From an uncultured Chloroflexia bacterium (GTDB lineage Bacteria > Chloroflexota > Limnocylindria > Limnocylindrales > CSP1-4): a stretch of 64,000 nt of DNA. Below, in pieces: positions 28,646 to 39,005 of the stretch. The stretch is taken from NCBI GenBank assembly GCA_963713975.1, contig OY970218.1, forward strand, positions 1,632,001 to 1,696,000. The letters are read 5' to 3'. Positions within the stretch are counted from its first letter, which is position 1, and each line of letters opens with the position of its first letter. Under the pieces are notes generated by a model, which had not been told where the DNA came from, made no database searches, and was given only the letters and a program-made list of their open reading frames with translations. A program made the translations under genes and the position numbers.

Positions 28646-29992
28646 GTGTCTCCGCTGCCGTCGCAGGACGAGCGCCGGGCAGCCGGTGAGGCTGCCCGGG
28701 CCCGGGTTCCGCTCGCCCTGCACGCGGCGTGGAAGCCGGGTCTGGATCGTCCAGACCCGGTCGCACTCCTCATCGAGCAGGCCACGACCCGAATCCCGGC
28801 CCTTGTCCCGGTTCGCCACGGTCGCATGGCGGTCTCGCCCCTCACGTACTACCGGGGGGCGGCCCTGTCGATGGCCGCGGATCTCGCCGGCACGCCCGCC
28901 AGCGGCGTCGTCGTCCAGCTCTGCGGCGACGCCCACCTCTCGAACTTCGGCCTGTTCGCGTCGCCGGAGCGGAACCTCGTCTTCGACATCAACGACTTCG
29001 ACGAGACCCTGCACGGTCCCTTCGAATGGGACGTCAAGCGCCTGGCCGCGAGCCTGGTCGTCGCCTGCCGGTCGCGCGGCTTCGACGAGCATGCCGCCCG
29101 GCACACCGTCCACCGCACGGTTCGTGCCTATTGCGACCGGATGACTGCCTACGCGGGGATGCGGGCGATCGACGTCTACTACGACCGGGTCGATGTCGAC
29201 GGGATCCTCGCCTACGTCGACAGGCGCGCCAGGCCCTTCCTTCAGGAGACGGTGAGGTCGGCCCGCCACCACGACGCCCTCCACGAGCTGCCGAAGCTCA
29301 CGGCGGTTGACGCTGATGGACATCGCAGCATCGTCGACCACCCGCCGGTGGTCACGCATCCCGCCGAGGCTACCCAGGAGCTGATCGGTGGCGCGCTGGC
29401 CAGCTATCACGACACCGTGACCGAGGACCGGCGGGTGCTCCTCGATCGCTATGAGCTGGTCGACGCCGCGCTCAAGGTCGTGGGGGTCGGCAGCGTGGGG
29501 CTGGGTGCCTTCATCGGCCTCCTCATGGCGGACGACACCGACCCGCTGTTCCTGCAGGTCAAGCAGGCCGAGGCGTCGGTGCTCGAGCGGTTCCTGACGC
29601 CGAGCCCCCTGCCGTCGCACGGAGCACGCGTCGTTGCCGGGCAGCGCCGGCTCCAGGCGGCCAGCGACATCCTGCTGGGCTGGACCGTGGGCGGGCAGGG
29701 CCGGCACTGGTATGTCCGCCAGCTCCAGGACCAGAAGGGTGGAGCCGTCGTCGACGTCATGACCCTGGAGGACCTGGTGGCATGGGGCGAGCTGTGCGCC
29801 TGGGCTCTGGCACGCGGCCACGCCCGATCCGGTCAGCCCGCCGAGATCGCTGGCTACCTGGGCGGTGACGATGCCTTCGACCGCGCCATCGGCGACTTCG
29901 CGGCCGCCTACGCGGACCAGAACGAGCGTGATTACACGGCCTTCACGGCCGCGATCGTGGCCGGGCGCGTGGAGGCCGAGCCCGGCGTCTGA
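28646..29992 (+). CDS. DUF2252 family protein (kinase-like)
   Basis: VRHGRMAVSP, CGDAHLSNFG, FDINDFDE, KVVGVGSVG, LARGHARS. Confidence 0.9.
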   Translation: MSPLPSQDERRAAGEAARARVPLALHAAWKPGLDRPDPVALLIEQATTRIPALVPVRHGRMAVSPLTYYRGAALSMAADLAGTPASGVVVQLCGDAHLSNFGLFASPERNLVFDINDFDETLHGPFEWDVKRLAASLVVACRSRGFDEHAARHTVHRTVRAYCDRMTAYAGMRAIDVYYDRVDVDGILAYVDRRARPFLQETVRSARHHDALHELPKLTAVDADGHRSIVDHPPVVTHPAEATQELIGGALASYHDTVTEDRRVLLDRYELVDAALKVVGVGSVGLGAFIGLLMADDTDPLFLQVKQAEASVLERFLTPSPLPSHGARVVAGQRRLQAASDILLGWTVGGQGRHWYVRQLQDQKGGAVVDVMTLEDLVAWGELCAWALARGHARSGQPAEIAGYLGGDDAFDRAIGDFAAAYADQNERDYTAFTAAIVAGRVEAEPGV

Positions 29993-30016
29993 TCGGCACT
30001 GGGCGCCGGCGAGCGC

Positions 30017-31246
30017 CTAGTCCAGGTCCACGCTCGAGAGCGTGCGCAGGCCGTGCTCGGCGATGGCCCGGTTCACCGCGTCGGGGACGGCCTGGTAGCC
30101 CTGCGTGAAGGCGCCGGGATCCTGGGCCAGGATGCGCATCGCGTGCGCCTGGAGGGCGAATCCCAGGTCCATGACCTCGATCTGGTGACCGGTCGCGGCC
30201 GTGAGGTTGAGCATTTCGCCCCGGGCGAGGAGGTGGACGCGACGGCCATTGGGCAGGTCGAACTCCTCCACGTGCGTGTTCACGTGGCGAGATCCGGTCG
30301 CGATGTCCCGCAGTGCGTCGACATCGATCTCGGTGGCGAAGTGCCCCATGTTCCCGAGCATCGCGCCGTCCTTGAGTCGCAGGAGCTGCTCCCGGCGGAT
30401 GACACCAGGGTGGCCGGTCACGGTGATCAGCGTGTCGGCACGCTCGGCGGCCCGGTCGATCGTGGTGACCTGCATGCCCTCGAACGCCGCCTCGAGGGCG
30501 CGCACCGGGTCTGTCTCCACCACGATGACGATCGCGCCCAGGGCGCGAAGCGTGCGCGCGAGGCTGCGGCCGCACCAGCCGAACCCGATCACCGCGAACG
30601 TCTTGCCGGCGATGAGCGCATTCGTGGCCCGCATGAACCCGTCCACCGCGGCCGGTCCGATGCCGCGCTCGCTCTCGAAGCTGAGCTTGATCGGGCTGTC
30701 GTTGATGACGATCACCGGGAACGGCACCCGCCCGGCCAGCTCGCCAACGATGCGGTTGCGGCCGGAGGTCGTCTCCTCGGTCGCCGCGGTGACCAACGAA
30801 GCGGGGTCGTTCACGCTCCCGGCGATGAGGTCCGCGCCGTTGTCCAGGAGGAGGTCGGGGGCGGCGCGCAGCACGCGTGCGATGTGCTCGCGATGGGCCG
30901 GCATGTCGTCGGCCTCGGCCGCGTAGACGCGAATGCCGTCACGCGACGCCATCGCCGCAGCCACGCCGTCGTCGGTTGTTGCGGGGCTGCCGGTCCAGGC
31001 GATCTCGGCGCCACCGGCGAGCAGCGTCTCCGCGAGCACCGCGGTCTTCGCCTCGACGTGGAGGCACATCCCGATGCGCCGACCCGCGAGCGGCCGGTCA
31101 CGCTCGAACTCGAGGCGCAGCCGTCCCAGCACCGGCATGTGCGAGCGAGCCCACGCAATTCGTGCGGCACCTCCGGCGGCCTGTCCGGGATCGGCAACGA
31201 AGCTGGCCTCGAGGCTGGAGAACGGGATCGGCGACGTTGATTCCAT
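30017..31246 (-). CDS. ahcY: adenosylhomocysteinase-like protein with a non-canonical active site
   Basis: CLHVEAKT, EETTSG, GFGWCG, GHFATEID, GHQIEVMDLGF. Confidence 0.85.
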   Translation of the reverse strand: MESTSPIPFSSLEASFVADPGQAAGGAARIAWARSHMPVLGRLRLEFERDRPLAGRRIGMCLHVEAKTAVLAETLLAGGAEIAWTGSPATTDDGVAAAMASRDGIRVYAAEADDMPAHREHIARVLRAAPDLLLDNGADLIAGSVNDPASLVTAATEETTSGRNRIVGELAGRVPFPVIVINDSPIKLSFESERGIGPAAVDGFMRATNALIAGKTFAVIGFGWCGRSLARTLRALGAIVIVVETDPVRALEAAFEGMQVTTIDRAAERADTLITVTGHPGVIRREQLLRLKDGAMLGNMGHFATEIDVDALRDIATGSRHVNTHVEEFDLPNGRRVHLLARGEMLNLTAATGHQIEVMDLGFALQAHAMRILAQDPGAFTQGYQAVPDAVNRAIAEHGLRTLSSVDLD

Positions 31247-31263
31247 GGCACCCCTTCCGGGCG

Positions 31264-31269
31264 AGTATA
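31264..31269 (-). promoter_or_regulatory. -10 element for the ahcY-like gene
   Basis: TATACT on the minus strand, followed by an AAGGGG SD and ATG. Confidence 0.55.
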
Positions 31270-31386
31270 GGAGAGCGTCGGATGTCGCTTCCGTATCGGC
31301 GCCGGGTCAGGAGAACAGCGTCGGGTCTGGGCGTCGGGTGTCGTTCGGCCCCCGTTCACCGTGTCCGGCCATTGAAGGCTTGCGTC

Positions 31387-31709
31387 ATGACCGGTCGCGA
31401 GCGGGTCCTGGCGGCCTTCGATGGGCAGGAGCCGGATCGGGTCCCCCTGGCCCTCTCGTTCTTCCACGTCGACGGGGCGGAGCTGGCGCCGCCCGGTGCC
31501 GCGGGACGATCTCCTCGTCGACCTCGTCGAGCGCAAGGACATTGGCGCACTTCCTGCTGGACCGGCTGGCCGCCCTTGCACGGGACAACGCGGCGACCCT
31601 TGCGGCGGCGGGTGTCGATGTCGTGACCCTCGACGAAGATGTGGGCATGCTGGTCACGATGGTGTCAGCGACCATCGCAGCATTCCTGGAGGTGGGCGCG
31701 GCCGGATAG
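31387..31709 (+). pseudogene. collapsed remnant of a uroporphyrinogen decarboxylase / MtaA-family gene
   Basis: N-terminal MTGRERVLAAFDGQEPDRVP in one frame; middle (HFLLDRL...AGVDVVTLDEDVG) and C-terminal (IAAFLE) pieces in another, all within about 320 bp. Confidence 0.7.
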
Positions 31710-31741
31710 GCCATAGCGCCGGTCTGGACTGCCTGAGGGCC

Positions 31742-32062
31742 TCAGGACTGTCGGAACGTCCGCATGGCGCCCGACACGGCGAGCAGCGTCCACCCGAGGA
31801 GGCCAGCTGCCGCCGCCACGGCTGCCACCGGGGCCAGGTTCGCACTCCACGCCCAGAGCGCGACCGCGATCGGGAGGGTCAGGATCCACACGATCACCGC
31901 CGCGACGGGCTCGAGGCTCGTGAGCCAGGTCCAGGTGTCCGCGAACAGGGCGCCGCCCGTGGCCAGGCCGACGGCGAGACCGACCCACATGGCCGCGAAC
32001 ACCGCCGCGCCGTAGGCGCTGAGCGCGACCACGAACCCGCGCCCGCCGGTGCGCGGCGTCAC
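31742..32062 (-). CDS. small 3-TM membrane protein
   Basis: GTGA overlap with the flavodoxin stop; three hydrophobic segments. Confidence 0.75.
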   Translation of the reverse strand: MTPRTGGRGFVVALSAYGAAVFAAMWVGLAVGLATGGALFADTWTWLTSLEPVAAVIVWILTLPIAVALWAWSANLAPVAAVAAAAGLLGWTLLAVSGAMRTFRQS

Positions 32063-32622
32063 CGGGCGCTCGGGCCCGTAGCTGGTGCGGCCGCCGCCGG
32101 CAGCTCGCCCGCGATCTCGTCGGCCCAGGCGTCGATCGACGCCCAGTCGCGGAAGTCGCCGGAGGGCATTGACCCCTTCGATGCGGGCATCAGGGCGACG
32201 ATGCGCTCGGTGAACCCGATCGGTTTCGCGGCCGGATCCCACGCCCCGAAGAACACCCTCTCTCCGCGTGGGTGGATGGCCTCTCTGAGCGCCGGGAACT
32301 CCCTGGGGATGGTCGTCTCGAGGACGTCGCGGCCGTCCTTGTCCACGGTGTCCGTCCCGACCGGGCCGCTGCTGAACAGCCACGTGGGCTTCTCGGCAAG
32401 CACGGCCCGGTTGCGTTGCACGAAGTGCGTCGCGTCCTTGAGCCAGTGGAACATATAGGCGGCGCCGCCAACCACGAACGCCTCGTAGCGCGACGGATCC
32501 CTGACCTCGGCGACCGGGAGCAGGTCGGCCTCCAGCCCGTCGGCCCTGAGGCGCTCGGCGAGGCGTTCGGCGATCCCGCGGGTCGCCCCGTGACGAGTTG
32601 CATAGGCGACGAGGATGGGCAT
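32059..32622 (-). CDS. flavodoxin-domain protein (HemG/Flavodoxin_5-like)
   Basis: ILVAYATRHGATRGIAE, WLFSSGP, GDFRDW; GGAGG SD. Confidence 0.9.
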   Translation of the reverse strand: MPILVAYATRHGATRGIAERLAERLRADGLEADLLPVAEVRDPSRYEAFVVGGAAYMFHWLKDATHFVQRNRAVLAEKPTWLFSSGPVGTDTVDKDGRDVLETTIPREFPALREAIHPRGERVFFGAWDPAAKPIGFTERIVALMPASKGSMPSGDFRDWASIDAWADEIAGELPAAAAPATGPSAR

Positions 32623-32736
32623 CTTGATCCTCCGGGCATCAGCCTGATCGGCACCGCCAAGGGTGCCAGCGTGGACGGTGACTTCTAAGAGCCGGATGGT
32701 TGCTCCTTGAGGTCGCGTTGGTGTGCCGCGGGCCCG

Positions 32737-32771
32737 AACAGGAGCCCCCGGCGGTGCCGGGGGCTCCTGTT
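32737..32771 (-). terminator. perfect 16-bp stem-loop
   Basis: aacaggagcccccggc-ggt-gccgggggctcctgtt, 8 nt after the stop at 32780. Confidence 0.65.
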
Positions 32772-32779
32772 GGACGGGC

Positions 32780-33724
32780 TCAGGCCGCGCCGGCTGCCGG
32801 CAGCGCGGGACCACTCGCGGTCGCCGGTGATCCCTCGCGCCGCAGCATCCGCCATGCCGCGAGGAGCAGCGCCCCGAACCCGAACAGGGTGGCGATCGCG
32901 GACACGAAGGGCACGATCCCCACGACGGCCAATACGATCACGCCCAGCACGGCGGCGAGGTAGGGCCGACCCGCCTCCGGGGCTCCCCGCAGCTTCGCGA
33001 CCATCCAGTCGCCGATCCAGATCGCGGCCACGATCCACGCCAGGAAGGCGATGGCCGGCAGCACGATGAACAGCAGGCCGAGACCGATCGGCGCACCGAC
33101 CACGGTGGCGATCAGGACGAAGGACAGCACCGGCAGCACCACCGACCCCAGGATCCCGGCGATGATCACCGGCCCGGGCTCCCGGCGGATGAGGGCGCCG
33201 GTCTCACGCACCTGGCGCGAGGCGAACGCGGCGACCAGGAGGGCGGCGGCGACGGTCGCCAGGCCCATGCCGATGAACAGCAGGAAGAACAGCGGGACCA
33301 GCAGCACGCCCAGCGCCCCGAAGAGCGCAGCGACGTTGCCGTCCATCGCACGCACGGAGCCGGTGACCTTGGCGCCGGGCTGCTGGGTCACGGTCCCGTT
33401 GAGTGTGCTGACGTCACCGGTCACCGTCGTCCCGTTCTGCAGGTCGGCCGTGCCGTTCACCACGACGAGGCGCTGCGTCGTGGCGCCGGCGAGGGTCGCG
33501 GTGCCCCGGACGACGACGATCGTCCGGACGTCGCCGCTGACCTGGGCGTCACCGCCCACGACCACGAGGGTGTCCAGCCGGTCCCCGGCCGGGATGGTGA
33601 TGGGGCCGTTCACCGACACCAGGACCCTGCCCGCGTCGGGCAGGGGCTCGGCGGCGAGCGCGGCCGGGGCGGCGATGCCCAGAAGGCATGCCACCGTGGC
33701 GAGGATGATGATGAGGCGTTGCAT
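32780..33724 (-). CDS. membrane protein with bactofilin-like beta-helix repeats and a C-terminal TM bundle
   Basis: Signal peptide, VVVxGxA beta repeats, then four TM segments. Confidence 0.8.
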   Translation of the reverse strand: MQRLIIILATVACLLGIAAPAALAAEPLPDAGRVLVSVNGPITIPAGDRLDTLVVVGGDAQVSGDVRTIVVVRGTATLAGATTQRLVVVNGTADLQNGTTVTGDVSTLNGTVTQQPGAKVTGSVRAMDGNVAALFGALGVLLVPLFFLLFIGMGLATVAAALLVAAFASRQVRETGALIRREPGPVIIAGILGSVVLPVLSFVLIATVVGAPIGLGLLFIVLPAIAFLAWIVAAIWIGDWMVAKLRGAPEAGRPYLAAVLGVIVLAVVGIVPFVSAIATLFGFGALLLAAWRMLRREGSPATASGPALPAAGAA

Positions 33725-34035
33725 CGGAGTCCTTTCGAGGATCGTGTCCCGACCCGTCCGTCCGCGCCCTCGACGGCCCTCGGTGGCCGATTGGGCGGAG
33801 CGCGGTGTCTGGTTCACCCTACCGACGGGCATCGCGGGGTCCAAGCCGGGCACCCGGCATCTTGGGAGTGGGGGAATCCCCAATGTCCGGCGCGGCTCGT
33901 CCGAAGCCCGCTTCGCTCCGCACCCGGGGGTCTCCCGTTCGGTATCGTTGACCCCATACCGGCCTCGGCCGGCCACAAGCCGGCCCGGGAGCATCGCCCG
34001 CATCCGGGGCTCCGTGGGACCCCAAGGAGAACCAC

Positions 34036-35439
34036 ATGCCGAAGGCGGAACGAGTCGTCGACATCCTCTCGGGCTCGCCGGCCGTCGGTGAAACGGCGAC
34101 GATCCAGGGCTGGATCCGGACACGCCGCGATTCGAAGGCCGGGCTCTCCTTCCTGGCCGTCCACGACGGATCCTGCTTCGACGCCCTGCAGGTCGTGGCG
34201 CCCGCGACGCTCGCGAACTACCACGACGAGGTCCTGCACCTGACCGCCGGTTGCGCCGTGACCGTCAGCGGCACGGTCGCGGAGTCCCAGGGCAAGGGCC
34301 AGGCCGTCGAGATCCTCGCCGAGTCTGTCGTGGTGGTGGGCTGGGTGGATGACCCCGACACCTACCCCATCTCACCCAAGCGGCACTCGTTCGAGTACCT
34401 CCGCGAGGTCGCCCACCTGCGGGTGCGGACGAACACGTTCGGCGCCGTCGCCCGGGTCCGGCACCGACTCGCCATGGCGATCCATCGCTACTTCGACGAG
34501 AACGGCTTCGCCTGGGTGCACACGCCGATCCTGACCGCCAGCGATGCCGAGGGCGCCGGCGAGCTGTTCCGGGTATCGACGCTCGACCTGGCCAACCTGC
34601 CGCGCACGCCGGAGGGCGGGATCGACTACGCGCAGGACTTCTTCGGCAAGCCGGCCTTCCTCACCGTGTCGGGCCAGCTCAACATCGAGGCCTACTGCCT
34701 GGCGCTCACCAACGTCTACACCTTCGGGCCCACCTTCCGGGCCGAGAACTCGAACACCAGCCGCCACCTCTCCGAGTTCTGGATGGTGGAGCCGGAGATC
34801 GCCTTCGCCGACATCTCCGACAACGCCGACCTTGCCGAGAACCTGCTGCGCTACAGCTATCGCGCGATCCTGGACGAGTGCGCCGACGACATGGCCTTCT
34901 TTGCCGACCGCATCGACAAGGAGGCGGTCTCGAGGCTGGAGGCGTTCGTCACGTCGGACTTCGCGCGCATGGAGTACACGGAGGCCATCGACGTGCTCAT
35001 GCGGGCTGGCCGGGCGTGGGAGTTCCCGGTGGAGTGGGGGGTTGCCCTCCAGGCCGAGCACGAGCGCTACCTGTGCGAGGAATACGCGAAGCGGCCGGTG
35101 GTGGTCGTCAACTACCCCAAGGGGATCAAGGCGTTCTACATGCGCCTCAACGACGACGAGCGCACCGTCGCCGCGATGGACGTGCTTGCCCCCGGGATCG
35201 GCGAGATCGTCGGCGGCAGCCAGCGCGAGGAGCGGCTCGACGTCCTCGACGCCCGGATCATCGAGACTGGCCTCGACCCCTCCGTGTACTGGTGGTACCG
35301 CGACCTGCGCCGCTACGGCACGGTGCCGCATGCCGGGTTCGGTCTCGGGTTCGACCGGGCCCTGGCCTACGCGACCGGGATGGCCAACATCCGCGACGTC
35401 ATCCCGTTCCCGCGCACGCCGGGAAGCGCCGACTTCTAG
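34036..35439 (+). CDS. asnS: asparagine--tRNA ligase
   Basis: [47 protein letters not shown]; AAGGAG SD. Confidence 0.98.
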   Translation: MPKAERVVDILSGSPAVGETATIQGWIRTRRDSKAGLSFLAVHDGSCFDALQVVAPATLANYHDEVLHLTAGCAVTVSGTVAESQGKGQAVEILAESVVVVGWVDDPDTYPISPKRHSFEYLREVAHLRVRTNTFGAVARVRHRLAMAIHRYFDENGFAWVHTPILTASDAEGAGELFRVSTLDLANLPRTPEGGIDYAQDFFGKPAFLTVSGQLNIEAYCLALTNVYTFGPTFRAENSNTSRHLSEFWMVEPEIAFADISDNADLAENLLRYSYRAILDECADDMAFFADRIDKEAVSRLEAFVTSDFARMEYTEAIDVLMRAGRAWEFPVEWGVALQAEHERYLCEEYAKRPVVVVNYPKGIKAFYMRLNDDERTVAAMDVLAPGIGEIVGGSQREERLDVLDARIIETGLDPSVYWWYRDLRRYGTVPHAGFGLGFDRALAYATGMANIRDVIPFPRTPGSADF

Positions 35440-35562
35440 GGGACTCGGGCGCGCAGGAACCACCCGAGAGCCGTGGCATCTGGCCGGTTGCCGGCGGTCG
35501 GGATTGGCCCGAGGTGTCCTCGAGACCGACGAACCGCCCTTGCGGTCGCGGCCGAGCCGAGT

Positions 35563-35910
35563 CTAGAAGCGGTTGTCGACGATCGGTGTGACGTCGGGAG
35601 GAGGGTCCGCCGCGAGATCCACGCCGTGGACCTCCTTCACGAATTGGCGGAACTGTGTGTTGAACGGGTCCTGGCCCGCGATCATCGCGCCCATCGCGGC
35701 GCCGATGTCGTCGCCCTCCATGAGCACGATCGCGAACGTGCCCATGGGCGTCCGCTGGTGCCAGACGGCCTCGCGCGTGATCCTCTGCGCGCGGCGCGCC
35801 GCGGCGTAGGCGTCGTAGCCAGGCCCGGGCGCTGCCATCTGCTGGAGGCCTTCCCGGTCGAAGTCCTCCTTGCCGGGAACGATCGGGAGGACGAACACGA
35901 ACGTGGCCAC
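35563..35910 (-). CDS. small hypothetical protein (dimeric alpha/beta barrel-like)
   Basis: AAGGAG SD; FVLPIVPGK...ITREAVWHQRTPMG...EVHGVDL. Confidence 0.75.
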   Translation of the reverse strand: MATFVFVLPIVPGKEDFDREGLQQMAAPGPGYDAYAAARRAQRITREAVWHQRTPMGTFAIVLMEGDDIGAAMGAMIAGQDPFNTQFRQFVKEVHGVDLAADPPPDVTPIVDNRF

Positions 35911-36140
35911 GGGACGCTCCTTCCATATCGGCGGTCCGCCCCACCATGGAGCGGTCTCAGTTGGGAACGATAGGCGACCGGACACGGTTTGGGGCGTTGC
36001 AGGGCGCAGGGTCTCTCGGGGTGGGCCTTGGCGCGCCCGGAGGGCGTCGGGATCGCCAACGTCCCTGGCACGCCCGGGCCGCGTCCCGGCTTGCGGGAGG
36101 ACCGATCACCCACGCGGGGCCGTGCCCTACGCTGTCGCCC

Positions 36141-38951
36141 ATGGAGGGCAGCACGGGCACGCCGGGCGGTGAGCCCGGGTCCACGGTCGAAGCAGGAGCG
36201 GCCGGTACGCCCGTCTTCGGTCGGACGGCGGAGCTGGCGGCGATCGAGCGTCTTCTCGACGCGGATCGGCTCGGAGCCCGGGCACTCGTCCTCGAGGGCG
36301 AGGCCGGGATCGGCAAGACGACGCTTGTGCGTGCCGCGCTCGGGTCGGCCGACCGTCGTGGCGCACGCATCATGCGCGCGGCACCGGGCGAGCGGGAGCA
36401 CCTGATCGCGTTCGCCGGTCTCGCGGACCTGCTGGCCAGGCTGGACGAGGACCTCCTGGCAGCGCTGCCGGTGCCCCAGTCGGTGGCGCTCGCGACCGCG
36501 ACGAGGAGGCTGGACGGCGAGACCGTCGCGGACGAGCTGGCCGTCTCGCTGGGCTTCACCGCAATCCTCCGGGATATAGCAGCCTCGGGGCTCGTCCTGC
36601 TCGTGGTGGACGATCTCCAGTGGCTCGATCCACAGACGCTTCGGGTCCTCGAGTTCGCGGCGCGTCGCATTGCAGACCAGCGGGTCGCGTTCCTGTGCTC
36701 CACGCGGACGTCGCGGCCCGGCTCCATCCCGCTGGGTCTTGACCGAAGCCTGTGGCCGGATGCGGTCGAAGTTGCACGACTGGGTCCGCTCGATGCAGTT
36801 GCACTCGACCGCCTCCTCCGGGCACGTCTCGGGATCCGGCTGCCGCGCCCGACCCTTTTGCGGCTGCTCCGCACGACCCGCGGCAATCCGTTCTATGCGC
36901 TGGAGGTCGCGGCATCCGTCGTCGACGGCGGGGAGCTGCGCATCCCTCCCACCCTTGCGGATGCGCTGGCCGGTCGTCTCGAGCGGCTTCCGAGTCGGGG
37001 ACGCCGCGCCCTCCTCCTTGCCGCGGCCAGCCTGCAACCGGTCATCGAGGTCGTGGAGGCGGCCACGGCAGACGAAGCGGGCCTGGGGCTCACGATCGCG
37101 GAGGGACTGCTCGAGGCGGACGGGCCGCGTCTGCGGTTCACGCATCCGCTCCTCGCATCCGTCGCCTACGAGCGAGCACTCCCCGGTGAGCGGCGCGCGG
37201 CCCACCGTCGGCTATCGGAGGTCGTCACCGAGCCGGTCGAGCGAGCCCTCCACCTGGCTCGTGGCCTCGAGACACCTGACGCGGATGCGGCCGCGATCCT
37301 CGAGGCCACGGCGGCGGCCGCCGCCGCACGGGGCAGTGAGGTGGCCCCTGAGCTGGCCGAGGCCGCGGCCCGACTCACCCCGCCGAGCGACACCACCGGG
37401 CGTGACCGGCGACTCGCGGCGGCCGCCGACCACCACACGGCCCAGGGGCATCCGGCTCGCGGACGAGAGCTCCTCGAGCAGGTGATCGCCGGGCAGGCTC
37501 CCGGGCCGGAGCGCGCCGCACTCCTGTGGCGGCTTGCCGACACCATAGGGGACTCCATCACCGGGCCCATCCAGCTGTGTGAGCAGGCCCTTGCCGAAGC
37601 CGGAGACGACCCTGGCCTGCGCAGCGAGATTCACACGGCCCTGGGGTCGTTCACCTGGATTGCCGGGGATCTCAATGGGTCACTTGCGCACTGCCTGGAA
37701 GCGGTCCGCTATGCCGACCGCTCAGGGGACTCTGCGCAGCTCGCGATCGCGATCGGCGAGGCGTGTCATGCGAACGTTATCCTCGGGCTGCCGTGGGATC
37801 GGGCCGCGATGGACCGCGCTCTCGCGATCGAGGCCGCCGGAACCGAGATCCCCGCCGCGCTCCGTCCCTCGATGCAGCTCGGGATCATCGCCCTCATCAC
37901 CGACGATCCCGGGACGGCCGAGCCCGTGTTCCGCGAGGAAGTCCGCCGGACGCAGGCGATCGGCGACGAGCCGGGTGCATTCCACGCGCTGATGCGCCTG
38001 AGCGAGCTCGGCCTTCGAACCGGGCAGTGGGCCGCAGCGCTCGCCACCGCCCGTGAGGCGCACGCCCTGGTCATACAGGCGGGGATCGAGCAGGAGGAGG
38101 CTGCGATCGCGGTGGCCCTCGCGGCCGTGCTTGCCCATGTCGGAGCCATTCCGGAGGCCGAGGACCTCGCCGGGGAGGCCTACCGCACCGCCGACGCCGG
38201 GGGGGACCGGGGCGTCGCCCTCCGGGCTGCCGGCGTGCTCGGGTTCATCGAGCTGTCGCGGGGTCGGCCCGATCTCGCCGTGACCTGGCTCTCGCCCGCC
38301 CGCCGTGAGCTGATCGCGATGGGAACGGGGGAGCTGTCGATCTCCAGCGTTGTCCAGAACGAGATCGAGGCGCTCGTCAGCACGGGCGCCCTGGACGAGG
38401 CAGATGCCGTGATCGAGCATGTCGAGCGGATCGGCACGCGAACGGGTCGGACCTGGCACCGCGTGGTTGCCGCCCGCGGGCGGGCCCTGGCCGCATCTTC
38501 CAGGAGTGATGAGCAGGGCGCCGCGACGGCCATCGACGAGGCGCTTCGCTTGGGCGAGGAGCTCCCGCAGCCGTTCGAGCGGGCGAGGACGCTGCTTGCG
38601 GCGGGGGTGGTGGAGCGTCGGGCACAGCACTGGGCCGTCGCACGGACGAGGCTGGTGGCGGCGCTCGAGGCGTTCGACGGACTCGGGGCATCCGCGTGGG
38701 CGGAGCGGGCGGCTGACGACCTGCGCCGGCTGCCCGGTCGTCGGCCGGGCGGCAACCAGCTGTCCGACACCGAGCGCCAGGTCGCGGCCCTCGTGGCGGA
38801 TGGACTCTCGAACAAGGAGGTGGCTGGACGCATGTTCCTGTCCGTGCGCGCGGTCGAGGCTAACCTCACGCGGATCTACGCAAAGCTCGGCGTTCACTCC
38901 CGGGTGGAGCTCGCGCGCCGCGGAGACCAGCTCGCCGACCCCCGGCCCTGA
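36141..38951 (+). CDS. large AAA-ATPase / LuxR-HTH transcriptional regulator
   Basis: GEAGIGKTT, VDDLQWLD, GNPFYALE, LSDTERQVA...SNKEVA; TACGCT 7 nt upstream of the ATG. Confidence 0.92.
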   Translation: MEGSTGTPGGEPGSTVEAGAAGTPVFGRTAELAAIERLLDADRLGARALVLEGEAGIGKTTLVRAALGSADRRGARIMRAAPGEREHLIAFAGLADLLARLDEDLLAALPVPQSVALATATRRLDGETVADELAVSLGFTAILRDIAASGLVLLVVDDLQWLDPQTLRVLEFAARRIADQRVAFLCSTRTSRPGSIPLGLDRSLWPDAVEVARLGPLDAVALDRLLRARLGIRLPRPTLLRLLRTTRGNPFYALEVAASVVDGGELRIPPTLADALAGRLERLPSRGRRALLLAAASLQPVIEVVEAATADEAGLGLTIAEGLLEADGPRLRFTHPLLASVAYERALPGERRAAHRRLSEVVTEPVERALHLARGLETPDADAAAILEATAAAAAARGSEVAPELAEAAARLTPPSDTTGRDRRLAAAADHHTAQGHPARGRELLEQVIAGQAPGPERAALLWRLADTIGDSITGPIQLCEQALAEAGDDPGLRSEIHTALGSFTWIAGDLNGSLAHCLEAVRYADRSGDSAQLAIAIGEACHANVILGLPWDRAAMDRALAIEAAGTEIPAALRPSMQLGIIALITDDPGTAEPVFREEVRRTQAIGDEPGAFHALMRLSELGLRTGQWAAALATAREAHALVIQAGIEQEEAAIAVALAAVLAHVGAIPEAEDLAGEAYRTADAGGDRGVALRAAGVLGFIELSRGRPDLAVTWLSPARRELIAMGTGELSISSVVQNEIEALVSTGALDEADAVIEHVERIGTRTGRTWHRVVAARGRALAASSRSDEQGAATAIDEALRLGEELPQPFERARTLLAAGVVERRAQHWAVARTRLVAALEAFDGLGASAWAERAADDLRRLPGRRPGGNQLSDTERQVAALVADGLSNKEVAGRMFLSVRAVEANLTRIYAKLGVHSRVELARRGDQLADPRP

Positions 38952-39005
38952 CCGGCGATTTCGTGTGGTCCTCCGCACTTCCTCCGGGCGTTCCGGTGGG
39001 TCAGC

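Noticed and set aside
31247-31386. SAH/SAM riboswitch upstream of ahcY
   Set aside because: The -10 box is 17 nt from the ATG, leaving no room; no consensus recognised.
33725-34035. T-box leader for asnS
   Set aside because: No T-box consensus or antiterminator seen; a -10-like TATCGT near 33943 leaves only about 90 nt of leader.
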